Source: an uncultured Actinomycetota bacterium | GTDB lineage: Bacteria; Actinomycetota; Actinomycetes; Mycobacteriales; Pseudonocardiaceae | Direction of reading: 5' to 3' | Assembly: GCA_963766275.1 (NCBI GenBank) | Contig: CAVYAD010000043.1 | Location: forward strand, 216,549-280,548 | DNA length: 64,000 bases | Shown here: positions 38,073 to 47,337 of the stretch, piece after piece | Position numbering within the stretch: the first letter of the stretch is position 1 | Layout of the letters: every line of letters begins with the position of its first letter | The notes under the pieces: model-generated | Told to the model about the DNA's origin: nothing | Seen by the model: only the letters and a program-made list of their open reading frames with translations | Databases searched by the model: none | Translations under genes and position numbers: made by a program

Positions 38073-40055
38073 TCAGTCTTCGGCCTTGCCCGACTGTAGA
38101 CCCGCCGAAATCAGGTCCATCACCGACGAGTCGGCCAGCGTCGTCACGTCGCCGACCGCGCGGTTCTCCGCCACGTCACGCAGCAGACGCCGCATGATCT
38201 TGCCGGAGCGCGTCTTCGGCAGCTCCGGCACGACCATGATCTGGCGCGGCTTCGCGATCGGGCCGATCTCCTTGGCCACGTGGTCGCGCAGCGCCTTGAT
38301 CGCGTCCGAGCCGCCCGCGTCCGCACCCGCGCCACCGCGCAGGATCACGAACGCCACGATGCCCTGGCCGGTGGTCGCGTCGGACGCGCCGACGACGGCC
38401 GCCTCGGCCACGGTCGGGTGCGAGACCAGCGCGGACTCGACCTCGGTGGTCGAGATGCGGTGACCGGACACGTTCATCACGTCGTCGACGCGGCCGAGCA
38501 GCCAGATGTCGCCGTCGTCGTCGTACTTGGCGCCGTCACCGGCGAAGTAGAAGCCCTGGTCGGCGAAACGCGACCAGTACGTGTCGCGATAGCGCTCGTC
38601 GTCGCCCCAGATGCCGCGCAGCATCGACGGCCACGGCTCGTCCAGCACCAGGTAGCCGCCGCCACCGTTCGGGACCTCGACGCCCTCGTCGTTGACGACC
38701 TTCGCGCCGATGCCGGGCAGCGGGCGCTGCGCGGAGCCGGGCTTGGTCGAGATGACGCCGGGCAGCGGCGAGATCATGATCGCGCCGGTCTCGGTCTGCC
38801 ACCACGTGTCCACGATCGGGGCGGAGCCGCCGCCGACGTTCTCGCGGTACCAGATCCACGCCTCGGGGTTGATCGGCTCGCCGACCGAACCCAGCACGCG
38901 CAGCGACGTGAGGTCGTACTTCGCCGGGATGTCCGCGCCCCACTTCATGAAGGTGCGGATCAGCGTCGGCGCCGTGTAGTAGATCGAGACGCCGTACTTC
39001 TGCACGATCTCCCAGTGGCGGCCCTCGTGCGGGGTGTTCGGCGTGCCTTCGTAGACGACCTGCGTCACGCGGTTCGACAGCGGGCCGTAGACGATGTAGC
39101 TGTGGCCGGTGACCCAGCCGATGTCCGCGGTGCACCAGTACACGTCGGTGTCCGGCTTGAGGTCGAACACGTTGTGGTGCGTGTACGACGCCTGCGTGAG
39201 GTAGCCGCCGGACGTGTGCAGGATGCCCTTCGGCTTACCCGTGGTGCCCGAGGTGTAGAGGATGAAGAGCGGGTGCTCCGAGTCGAACGCCTCGGGGGTG
39301 TGCTGGTCGGACTGCGAGTCCACCAGCTCGTGCCACCACACGTCCTTGTCGGTCCACGCGACGTCGGAGTTCGTGCGCTTGACGACGAGCACCTTCTCCA
39401 CGCTCGGCGCGGCGGCGACGGCCTCGTCGACGGCGGGCTTGAGCGGGAACGGGTTGCCGCGGCGGTACTGGCCGTCGGTGGTGATGACGAGCTTGCACGA
39501 GGAGTCCTCGATGCGGGTGCGCAACGCCTCGGCCGAGAAGCCGCCGAACACGACGCTGTGCATGGCGCCGACGCGGGCACACGCGAGCATCGCGAAGATC
39601 GCCTCGGGGACCATCGGCATGTAGATCGCGACGCGGTCCTCGGCGCCGACGCCCAGCGCGGTCAACGCGTTGGCGGCCTTGGAGACCTCGCGCTGCAGCT
39701 CGCCGTAGGTGATGGCGCGCGTGTCACCGGGCTCGCCCTCCCAGTGGATCGCGACCTGGTCACCGTGGCCGGACTCGACGTGGCGGTCGACGCAGTTGTA
39801 CGCGACGTTGAGCTTGCCGCCCACGAACCACTTCGCGTACGGGGCGCCCGACCAGTCGAGTACCTGCGACCACCTGGTGTCCCAGTGCAGCCGCTCCGCC
39901 TGCTTCGCCCAGAACGCCTCGCGGTCGGCCTTGGCCTCCTCGTAGAGCGCAGGCTGGGCATTCGCCTGAGCCGCGAACTCGTCGGAAGGCGGGAACGTCC
40001 TGCTCTCCGTGAGCAGGTTGTCCAGGGCTTGGCCCTGGCCTGGCGACTGGGTCAT
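38073..40055 (-). CDS. acs: Acetyl-CoA synthetase
   Basis: YTSGTTGKPKG, DTWWQTETG, GRVDD, PKTRSGKIMRR. Confidence 0.97.
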   Translation of the reverse strand: MTQSPGQGQALDNLLTESRTFPPSDEFAAQANAQPALYEEAKADREAFWAKQAERLHWDTRWSQVLDWSGAPYAKWFVGGKLNVAYNCVDRHVESGHGDQVAIHWEGEPGDTRAITYGELQREVSKAANALTALGVGAEDRVAIYMPMVPEAIFAMLACARVGAMHSVVFGGFSAEALRTRIEDSSCKLVITTDGQYRRGNPFPLKPAVDEAVAAAPSVEKVLVVKRTNSDVAWTDKDVWWHELVDSQSDQHTPEAFDSEHPLFILYTSGTTGKPKGILHTSGGYLTQASYTHHNVFDLKPDTDVYWCTADIGWVTGHSYIVYGPLSNRVTQVVYEGTPNTPHEGRHWEIVQKYGVSIYYTAPTLIRTFMKWGADIPAKYDLTSLRVLGSVGEPINPEAWIWYRENVGGGSAPIVDTWWQTETGAIMISPLPGVISTKPGSAQRPLPGIGAKVVNDEGVEVPNGGGGYLVLDEPWPSMLRGIWGDDERYRDTYWSRFADQGFYFAGDGAKYDDDGDIWLLGRVDDVMNVSGHRISTTEVESALVSHPTVAEAAVVGASDATTGQGIVAFVILRGGAGADAGGSDAIKALRDHVAKEIGPIAKPRQIMVVPELPKTRSGKIMRRLLRDVAENRAVGDVTTLADSSVMDLISAGLQSGKAED

Positions 40056-40267
40056 GTTGCGAGACCTCCTGGAAAATCCAGACCGGTTGGGGATTCGGGT
40101 GCTGACCGTAGTGCGAGCCAGTTCACTTCCAACAGGCTCCTCCCCCGAAAGGTTCAGACCAATCCGGGGTGGCGGGAAACACGGCTGTCATTGTGTAACC
40201 CGTTTTGTCTGGTTGAAGCACGTGTGGCGCGGCGAACGGGCACGGTTACGCGCTCAACGGTTGGGGC

Positions 40268-40283
40268 AGTGAGCTGGGTCACG
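40268..40283. promoter_or_regulatory. Putative Crp/GlxR binding site
   Basis: AGTGA-N6-TCACG versus consensus TGTGA-N6-TCACA, in the acs/Fic divergent region. Confidence 0.5.
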
Positions 40284-40314
40284 CGTTTCACCTGGTCAGG
40301 TACTCTGCGCGACC

Positions 40315-41043
40315 GTGACCGATCCACTCGCACCGCTGCTTTCCTTGCCTGGCGTGGCAGATGCCGCCAGTGCGGCCAAGGACGCCGTCTTCCAGGTGCA
40401 CCGCCATCGGGTGAACCTGCGGGGCTGGGCCACGACGGCGGCGGAAGCGTCGGTCCGTGCGGCCCGCGCGTCGGCCGCTCTGGAGGGTGGCCCGACCGAA
40501 ATTCCGGAGTCCGGCGAGGTCTCGGATCCCGTGCTGGCAGGGTCTTTGCGGATCGCGGAGGCACTCGGCGGGCTGGTCTCCACGTGGCAGCGCGCGCCGT
40601 TGCAGGCCCTCGCCCGGCTGCACGTGCTGGCCGCCGCCGACCTGGCGTCCGAGGTCGGCCGTCCGCGCATTTCGGCGGATGTGTCCGCCCGGCTCGACCT
40701 GCTCGGCACGTTGGTCACCGGTGGAACGTCGGTGCCTGCGCCCGTGCTCGTGGCGGTCGTGCACGGCGAACTGCTCGGGCTGGCGCCGTTCGAGGTGGCC
40801 AACGGAGTGATCGCCCGTGCCGCGGCCCGGCTGACGTCGATCTCCTCCGGCCTCGACCCCAAGGGGCTCGGCGTGCCCGAGGTGGCGTGCCTGCGGCGCT
40901 CCTCCGAGTACGAGGCCGCGTCCGTGGCGTTCGCGTCGGGTGAGCTGGACGGTCTGGCCCAGTGGATCCTGTTCGTGTGCTCGGCGCTGGAGGCGGGCGC
41001 CCGCGAGGCGAAGAGCATCGCGGACGCCGCACTCACCGGGTGA
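40315..41043 (+). CDS. Fic/DOC-fold protein with degenerate motif (Rv3662c-like)
   Basis: HGELLGLAPFEVANGVIARAAARL aligns with HPFxxGNGRxxR. Confidence 0.8.
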   Translation: MTDPLAPLLSLPGVADAASAAKDAVFQVHRHRVNLRGWATTAAEASVRAARASAALEGGPTEIPESGEVSDPVLAGSLRIAEALGGLVSTWQRAPLQALARLHVLAAADLASEVGRPRISADVSARLDLLGTLVTGGTSVPAPVLVAVVHGELLGLAPFEVANGVIARAAARLTSISSGLDPKGLGVPEVACLRRSSEYEAASVAFASGELDGLAQWILFVCSALEAGAREAKSIADAALTG

Positions 41044-42133
41044 GCTCGGCCAGGACCTCGGCGGCCTTGATCGCGTCCTCGTCTGTCACGTAGAGCGGCG
41101 CGAACCCGAACCGCAGGATGTCCGGCGGCCGGTGGTCGCCGATCACGCCGCGCTCGATCAACTGCTCCATCACGGCCTTGGCGTCCGGGCAACGCACCGA
41201 GATCTGGTTGCCCCTGTTCTCGGGCGTGATCACCTCGAGTGAGGTCAGCTTCTCGACGTGCGTGCGGAACAACGCCGTCAGCGCCAGGCCCCGCTGCCGC
41301 AGTTCGGCGAGGTCGACGTCGTCCCACACGTCCATCGCCGCGTCGAGCGCCAGCATCGACAGGATGTCCGGCGTGCCGACCCGCGCCCGGACGATGCCGG
41401 GGTCCGGTTCGTAGTTCGCTTCCATCGCGAACGGCGCGCGGTGGCCGTTCCAGCCGGACAGCGGGTTCTCGAAGTTCACCTGTTTGTGTGTCGGCACGTA
41501 GATGTAGGCGGGCGAACCCGGCCCGCCGTTGAGGAACTTGTAGGTGCACCCGATCGCGAAGTCGACGTTGAGCGCGTCCAGTTCGATCGGCAGCACGCCC
41601 GCGCTGTGGCAGAGGTCCCAGACCACCTGTGCGCCAACGGCATGTGCCTGTTCGGTGAGCGACTTCATGTCGAACAGCTCGCCGGTCCGGTAGTCGACGT
41701 GGTTGAGCAGCACCACGGCGGTGTCCTCGGTGAGCTCCAAAGAGGACGGTGCGGCGGCACGGATCTTCAGTCCCGCCAACGACGCCACGGACTGCGCGAT
41801 GTACCCGTCGGTCGGGAACGTCGACTCGTCCACCACGATCTCGGTGCGGTTCGTGCCCTTCACCGCGCCCATCAACGCCTTGAAGACGTTGACCGACGTC
41901 GAGTCGCCGACCACGACCTGTCCGGGAGCGGCCCCGATCAGCCTGCCCACGCGGTCACCGATGCGTTGCGGCGCCTCCCACCATCCCTCGGACCACGACC
42001 GGATCAGCCGCGTGCCCCACTGGTGCTTCACGACCTCCTGCACCCGTTCGGCGACGCCCTTCGCCGGCGGGCCGAGCGAGTTGCCGTCGAGGTAGATGAC
42101 GCCTTCGGGCAGGTCGAACAGCTCGCGCCTCAC
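41033..42133 (-). CDS. kynU: Kynureninase
   Basis: YLDGNSLG, WDLCHSAG, GCTYKFLNGGPG, LRFGFAPLY. Confidence 0.95.
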   Translation of the reverse strand: MRRELFDLPEGVIYLDGNSLGPPAKGVAERVQEVVKHQWGTRLIRSWSEGWWEAPQRIGDRVGRLIGAAPGQVVVGDSTSVNVFKALMGAVKGTNRTEIVVDESTFPTDGYIAQSVASLAGLKIRAAAPSSLELTEDTAVVLLNHVDYRTGELFDMKSLTEQAHAVGAQVVWDLCHSAGVLPIELDALNVDFAIGCTYKFLNGGPGSPAYIYVPTHKQVNFENPLSGWNGHRAPFAMEANYEPDPGIVRARVGTPDILSMLALDAAMDVWDDVDLAELRQRGLALTALFRTHVEKLTSLEVITPENRGNQISVRCPDAKAVMEQLIERGVIGDHRPPDILRFGFAPLYVTDEDAIKAAEVLAELTR

Positions 42134-42945
42134 ACGTAGCTCCTAGCGGTCCACAGCTCCGGGAACACCGCTCGTTGGGTGCGCTTCTCCAGCCATGCGA
42201 CACCGGCCGAGCCACCGGTGCCCACCTTCGAGCCCATCGACCGCCGTGTCGCCAGCAGGTGGTCGTAGCGCCAGCGCGCGAACTCCTCGGCGATGTCCGT
42301 CAACGCCTCACCGAGCTCCAGCAGGTCGCGGTCGTTGCCGCGGTAGATCGCCGCCCAGACCTGCTCGACCTCGGCCGACGGCTCGTACGCCTTGGTGAGG
42401 TCGCGCGTCAGCACCGTCTCGGGGATGTCGAAACCCCTGCGGGACAACGCCGCCAGCACGTCGTCGTAGAGCGAAGGCAGGCCGAGCGAGCGCTCCAGCT
42501 GCTCGTGCATCGCGGGCACCGCCCGGTGCGGCACGAGCATCGACGCGGACTTCTCGCCGAGCAGGAACTCCATCTCGCGGTACATGCCCGACTGGAAGCC
42601 CGATCCCTCGCCGAGCGCGTCGCGGAACGAGTTGAACTCCGTCGGCGTCATGCGCGCGATCGGCCGCCACGCCGCGGACAGCGCCTGCAGATGCAGATCG
42701 GACCTGCGCAGCGTTCGCACGGCCGCGCGGAGATCATCGGCGCGGAGTTCGGTCTGGGCCTGCCGCCACTCGAAGCACAGCAGGCCGAAGTACAGCTCCA
42801 TGACCTGCGTGATGACCAGGAACGACATCTCGCGCGGGTCCTTGGACCACTGCTGTTGAAGGGTGTGCAACACCGACGCGTGCACGTAGTCCTCGTACGG
42901 CGTGGTGCCGCCGAAATCCAGCTTGGGGGATACGGGGCAGCTCAT
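42130..42945 (-). CDS. kynA: Tryptophan 2,3-dioxygenase
   Basis: FLVITQVMELYF, SGFQS, WRYDH, GTGGSAG, FPELW. Confidence 0.94.
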   Translation of the reverse strand: MSCPVSPKLDFGGTTPYEDYVHASVLHTLQQQWSKDPREMSFLVITQVMELYFGLLCFEWRQAQTELRADDLRAAVRTLRRSDLHLQALSAAWRPIARMTPTEFNSFRDALGEGSGFQSGMYREMEFLLGEKSASMLVPHRAVPAMHEQLERSLGLPSLYDDVLAALSRRGFDIPETVLTRDLTKAYEPSAEVEQVWAAIYRGNDRDLLELGEALTDIAEEFARWRYDHLLATRRSMGSKVGTGGSAGVAWLEKRTQRAVFPELWTARSYV

Positions 42946-43051
42946 GCCCTCAATCCTCCGCCGCGGGCCCCGCCACCTGAATGGGCGACGAAAGGCGTTC
43001 GGCACGAACTTCTTCCAAACACAAACCAGATCGCCGGGTAGCTTTGCGTTC

Positions 43052-43492
43052 ATGCTGGACGAGGTGGACAAGGCCCTCTTGGAGGCCCTCCAAGAGGATG
43101 CGCGGCTGTCGTACAACGAGCTCGCGCGCCGGGTCCACGTGTCCCCGCCGACGGTCGCTCAACGGGTCCGCCGGTTGGAGCACATGGGCGCGATCACCGG
43201 CTATCGCGCCGTGGTCGACCCCACCGTCGTAGGGCGTCCGGTCGTCGCGTTGGTGCGCATGAAGTGCTACGGGCCTCGCTGCATCACCGTGCACCCCGAG
43301 CTGCTCGACGACTGCCCGGAGGTGGTCGAGGTGGTGCGGCTGACCGGCGACATCTGCTCGGTCGTCAAGGTCGTGACCACGTCGATCCTGGAGCTGGAAC
43401 GCCTCCTGATCCGCCTGGCCACCCACGGCGAAACCTCGAGCGCCATGGTCCTCTCCACCCCCATCCCCTGGCGCCCCGTCCTCCCCTCCTAA
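43052..43492 (+). CDS. Lrp/AsnC family regulator, divergent from kynA
   Basis: LDEVDKALLEALQEDARLSYNELARRVHVSPPTVAQRVRRLE. Confidence 0.93.
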   Translation: MLDEVDKALLEALQEDARLSYNELARRVHVSPPTVAQRVRRLEHMGAITGYRAVVDPTVVGRPVVALVRMKCYGPRCITVHPELLDDCPEVVEVVRLTGDICSVVKVVTTSILELERLLIRLATHGETSSAMVLSTPIPWRPVLPS

Positions 43493-43500
43493 CCCGTTTG

Positions 43501-43551
43501 GAGCGAAAAGCACGTTCGTGCGCTCTATTCGCACGAACGTGCTTTTCGCTC
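43501..43551. terminator. 22-bp perfect inverted repeat between convergent genes
   Basis: GAGCGAAAAGCACGTTCGTGCG-N7-CGCACGAACGTGCTTTTCGCTC. Confidence 0.75.
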
Positions 43552-43557
43552 AAAAAG

Positions 43558-44469
43558 TCAGACGGCTAGGCGGTCGAGGGCGTTGCGGACGTGGCCCTTG
43601 GTGTCGGCCAGGGCGGCGGCGGCACGGTCCGTCGGCGCACCCGAGAGTAGGTGCACGAGTGCGACCTTCAGGTCACCGGACGCGTCGGCCAGCGCCCGCT
43701 CGCAGTCGTGCTCGGGCAGACCGGTGGCCTCGTGCAGGATCCTGATCGTCCGGCCGCGCAGCTTGGCGTTCGTCGCCCGCATGCTGACCATCAGGTTCGA
43801 GTAGGTGCGGCCGAGCCTGATCATCACCGCGGTCGAGAACGATGTCAGCACCAGCTTCTGCGCCGACCCCGCCTTCATCCGGGTCGAGCCCGCGATGGCC
43901 TCCGGGCCGGTGTCCAGCGCGACCAGGACGTCCGGGGTGAACGGCACGGACGCGTTGTTCGACACGAGCACCGTGCCGGCGCCAAGCGCTTGCGCCTCTT
44001 CCAGCGCGCCGATGACGAACGGCGTGCGCCCGGACGCCGTGATGCCGACGACCAGGTCTTTCGCGGTCGCGTACCGGCGGATCTGCGCGGCGCCGGAGTG
44101 GTCCTCGACCTCTTCGACCGCTCGGACGAGTGCCTCGGAGCCGCCCGCGTGGTGCGCCACGAACCAGTCGGGCGGGACGTTGAACGTGGGAACGAGCTCG
44201 GCAGCGTCCAACGTCGCCAACCGGCCCGATGTGCCGGCGCCGACGTAGTGGACGCGGCCGCCTGACGCGATCGCGGTGACGCCGAGGTCGACCGCGCGCG
44301 CGAGGTCCGGCAGTGCCGCGGCGACCGCGACGGGGACCGTGCGGTCCTCCTCGTTGATCATCCGCAGCACGTCGATCGTGGGAACCCGGTCGATGTCGGT
44401 CGTGCGAGGGTTCCGTTGCTCTGTCGGAGATTCCACGCGCACCACCACACCGTTCCGGGGGGAGATCAT
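43558..44469 (-). CDS. murQ: N-acetylmuramic acid 6-phosphate etherase
   Basis: TEQRNP, GAGTSGRL, DAAE, GSTRMKAG, NAKL. Confidence 0.95.
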   Translation of the reverse strand: MISPRNGVVVRVESPTEQRNPRTTDIDRVPTIDVLRMINEEDRTVPVAVAAALPDLARAVDLGVTAIASGGRVHYVGAGTSGRLATLDAAELVPTFNVPPDWFVAHHAGGSEALVRAVEEVEDHSGAAQIRRYATAKDLVVGITASGRTPFVIGALEEAQALGAGTVLVSNNASVPFTPDVLVALDTGPEAIAGSTRMKAGSAQKLVLTSFSTAVMIRLGRTYSNLMVSMRATNAKLRGRTIRILHEATGLPEHDCERALADASGDLKVALVHLLSGAPTDRAAAALADTKGHVRNALDRLAV

Positions 44470-45386
44470 TTAGTCGTCTCCCGTGGCCGCCGCCGGCCGT
44501 CTGGTCTCGCACCCAGCCGGTGGCCGGACACTGCCTCGTAGGTGGCCTCCAGCGCCGTCTTCGCCGTGTCGACGTGGTGCTGGGCGACGCCGATGAACAG
44601 GCAGTCGATCACGGTCAGCTGCGCGATGCGGCTCGCCATGGCGCCCGAACGGAACGTGGTCTCGCGCGCGGCCGTGGTCAACACGTGGTCGGAGATCTCG
44701 GTGATGGGCGAGCGCGGGAAGTTCGTCAGCGCGACGGTGGTCGCACCGGTCTCCTTGGCCACGCGCAGGGCCTCGACGGTCTCCGAGGTCGAGCCGGTGT
44801 GCGAGATGCCGACGGCGACGTCGGCGGGGGTCAGCACGGCCGCCGAGGTCAGCGCGATGTGCGTGTCGTTCCACGCGAAGCAGGTCAGACCGATGCGGTG
44901 CAGCTTCTGCTGCAGGTCGAACGCGACGAACGCCGAGGCGCCGAAGCCGTAGACGTCGACGCGGCGTGCGCCCGCGACGGCCTCGACGACCTTCGCTAGC
45001 GACTCCACGTCCAGCTGTTCGGCGGTCTCCTCGACCGCGCGGGCGTCGGCGAACGCCACCTTGCCGACGACCTGCTTGAGGTCGTCGCCCGGCAGGATGT
45101 CGCCGCCCATGTTGTGGTTGGCCCTGGCCTGGCTGCGGGCGGTGTCCGCGGCGAGCGCGATGCGCAGCTCCGGGTAGCCGCCGACGCCGATGGCCTTGCA
45201 GAACCGCGTCACCGTCGTCTCACTCGTGCCGGCCTGCTCGGCGACCTCGGTGATGCTCCGGTGCGCGACCGTCCCGGGGTTCTCCAGCACCACTTTGGCG
45301 ACGCGCTGTTCGGCGCGCGCTAGACCCGGCAGCAACGACCGGATCCGCACCAGTGGGCTGGTCTCGGCACTATTTTCGGTGGACAC
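44466..45386 (-). CDS. MurR/RpiR family regulator
   Basis: SETTVTRFCK HTH; SIS domain ISHTGST; SRIAQL. Confidence 0.93.
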   Translation of the reverse strand: MSTENSAETSPLVRIRSLLPGLARAEQRVAKVVLENPGTVAHRSITEVAEQAGTSETTVTRFCKAIGVGGYPELRIALAADTARSQARANHNMGGDILPGDDLKQVVGKVAFADARAVEETAEQLDVESLAKVVEAVAGARRVDVYGFGASAFVAFDLQQKLHRIGLTCFAWNDTHIALTSAAVLTPADVAVGISHTGSTSETVEALRVAKETGATTVALTNFPRSPITEISDHVLTTAARETTFRSGAMASRIAQLTVIDCLFIGVAQHHVDTAKTALEATYEAVSGHRLGARPDGRRRPRETTK

Positions 45387-45503
45387 GTGGGAAACTTACT
45401 AACCGTAACCCGGACGGTCAACGGAGTGTGGGCGTAACTCACCCCAACTGTGTCCCAAAGTCACTCCAGTGGAGCGAATGCGCCGCGGCGTGTCGGCGGA
45501 AGG

Positions 45504-45950
45504 TCACCGAACGTCGGGGACCTTCCGGGTGGAAACAGCGATCCGGTTCCACGAGTTGATGGTGAAGATCAACGCGATGAGCTGCGCGAGCTCCTCGTCG
45601 CCGAAATGCTTCGCGGCACGCTCGTAGACCTCGTCGCTCACGTATTCGTGGCTGCTCATCACCGTGATGGCCTCGGTCAGGCGCAGCGCGGCCTGCTCCT
45701 TCTCGGTGTAGAGGTCGCCCGCTTCCTCCCACGCGTGGAGCAGGTAGATGCGAGCCTCGGACTCACCACCCTTTCGGGCGTCGACAGTGTGCATGTTGAG
45801 GCAGTAAGCGCAGTGGTTGAGCTGCGAGGCCCGGATGCGGACGAGCTCGGCGAGCTGCTCGTCGAGGCCCTCACGAGCGGCGGCGTCGAGGGCGATCATC
45901 GCGCGGTAGACCTTCGGGGCCTTCTTGGCGAGGTCGATGCGGTTCGTCAT
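45504..45950 (-). CDS. Carboxymuconolactone decarboxylase/AhpD-like protein
   Basis: ELVRIRASQLNHCAYCLNMH, INSWNRI. Confidence 0.92.
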   Translation of the reverse strand: MTNRIDLAKKAPKVYRAMIALDAAAREGLDEQLAELVRIRASQLNHCAYCLNMHTVDARKGGESEARIYLLHAWEEAGDLYTEKEQAALRLTEAITVMSSHEYVSDEVYERAAKHFGDEELAQLIALIFTINSWNRIAVSTRKVPDVR

Positions 45951-45999
45951 GGCACAAACCTATGCCGCTGATTGGCCCGAGGCATGGTGCAATTCGATC

Positions 46000-47337
46000 G
46001 TGGAATCGTGGGCCAATCTTGACATCCACCTCGACCTGTCCGGTCCGGGTGGATTGCGGCAGCGGTTGACGGCGTCGCTGCGGGAGGCGGTCCGTTCGGC
46101 ACGCCTGCCGCCGGGCACTCGCCTGCCCGCCTCACGGTCGCTGGCCGCCGATCTGGGGATCGCGCGGAACACCGTCGCCGAGGCGTACGCGGAGCTCGTG
46201 GCGGAGGGCTGGCTGACCGCGCGGCAGGGTTCCGGGACCGTGGTGGCGCAACGCGTCGCGCCGCCTCCGCCGGTCACCCGCCGGATCGTCGACTCGGGCG
46301 TGCGGTTCGACCTGACGGTCAGCACGCCGGACATCACCGAGTTCCCGCGTACGGAGTGGATCAGGTCGACACGGCGGGCGTTGACGGCGGCGCCGTCGGA
46401 GGCGTTCGGGCCGGGGGATCCGCAGGGTCGGACCGAACTTCGTGAGGCTTTGGCGGAGTACCTGGCGCGGGCTCGTGGGGTACGGGCCGATCCGGAACGG
46501 ATCGTGGTGTGTTCCGGGTTCGCCGATGCCATCAGGATGTTCAACCGGTTGATCGAGTCGCCGGTGGTCGTCGAGGAGTACGGGCTGGGGTTCCACCGCT
46601 CGTTGTGGACGTCGACCGTGCCGTTGGCCGTGGACGACCACGGTGCGAGCACCGAGCAGCTGCCCGACGACCGCCGAGCCGTTGTGCTGACACCGGCGCA
46701 CCAGTTCCCGTTGGGCGGGCCTCTGCATCCACTGCGGCGCGCGTCGGCGGTGGAGTGGGCACGGCGCGTTGACGGTCTCGTACTGGAGGACGACTACGAC
46801 GGCGAGTTCCGCTACGACCGGCAGCCCGTCGGGGCAGTGCAGGGGCTCGACCCGGAGCACGTCGTCTATCTCGGCACGTCCAGCAAGGCGTTGTCGCCCG
46901 CGCTGCGGATCGCGTGGATGGTGCTGCCGGACCGGTTCGTGGACCCGATCCTCGCGTTGAAGACGGATCGCGAGCAGTACATCAGCATGCTCGACCAGCT
47001 CACGCTCGCCGACTTCCTCACGTCCGGCGCGTACGACAGCCACGTGCGCCGGATGCGGCTGATGTACCAACGGCGGCGCGACAGGCTCGTGGAGGCCGTC
47101 TCGCCGTATGCGGAGGTTTCCGGCATAGCGGCGGGGATGCACGCAGTGCTCGACACCCCACACGAAGCCGCCATCGTGCAGGCCGCATTGGAGCGCGGAA
47201 TCGAGGTCAGCCCTCTCTCGTGGTTCCGGCACGAGCTGAGCGACGACGACCGCACGGGGATCGTGGTCAGCTTTGGAGCGCCCGCGTTTCCGCGGGCGCT
47301 CCCAACGTTCGCCGAGGTGCTAGCGACGTGCCGGTGA
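46000..47337 (+). CDS. MocR/GabR-type GntR regulator (PLP aminotransferase-like domain)
   Basis: LPASRSLAADLGIARNTVAEAY, TPAHQFP, EDDYDGEFRY, SKAL. Confidence 0.93.
   Translation: MESWANLDIHLDLSGPGGLRQRLTASLREAVRSARLPPGTRLPASRSLAADLGIARNTVAEAYAELVAEGWLTARQGSGTVVAQRVAPPPPVTRRIVDSGVRFDLTVSTPDITEFPRTEWIRSTRRALTAAPSEAFGPGDPQGRTELREALAEYLARARGVRADPERIVVCSGFADAIRMFNRLIESPVVVEEYGLGFHRSLWTSTVPLAVDDHGASTEQLPDDRRAVVLTPAHQFPLGGPLHPLRRASAVEWARRVDGLVLEDDYDGEFRYDRQPVGAVQGLDPEHVVYLGTSSKALSPALRIAWMVLPDRFVDPILALKTDREQYISMLDQLTLADFLTSGAYDSHVRRMRLMYQRRRDRLVEAVSPYAEVSGIAAGMHAVLDTPHEAAIVQAALERGIEVSPLSWFRHELSDDDRTGIVVSFGAPAFPRALPTFAEVLATCR

Noticed and set aside
38280-40943. 887-aa plus-strand ORF and many similar long Arg/Gly-rich ORFs (e.g. 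14866..16251, 17549..19180, 50023..51753, 60492..62327)
   Set aside because: Stop-poor shadow frames opposite well-supported genes, typical of high-GC DNA
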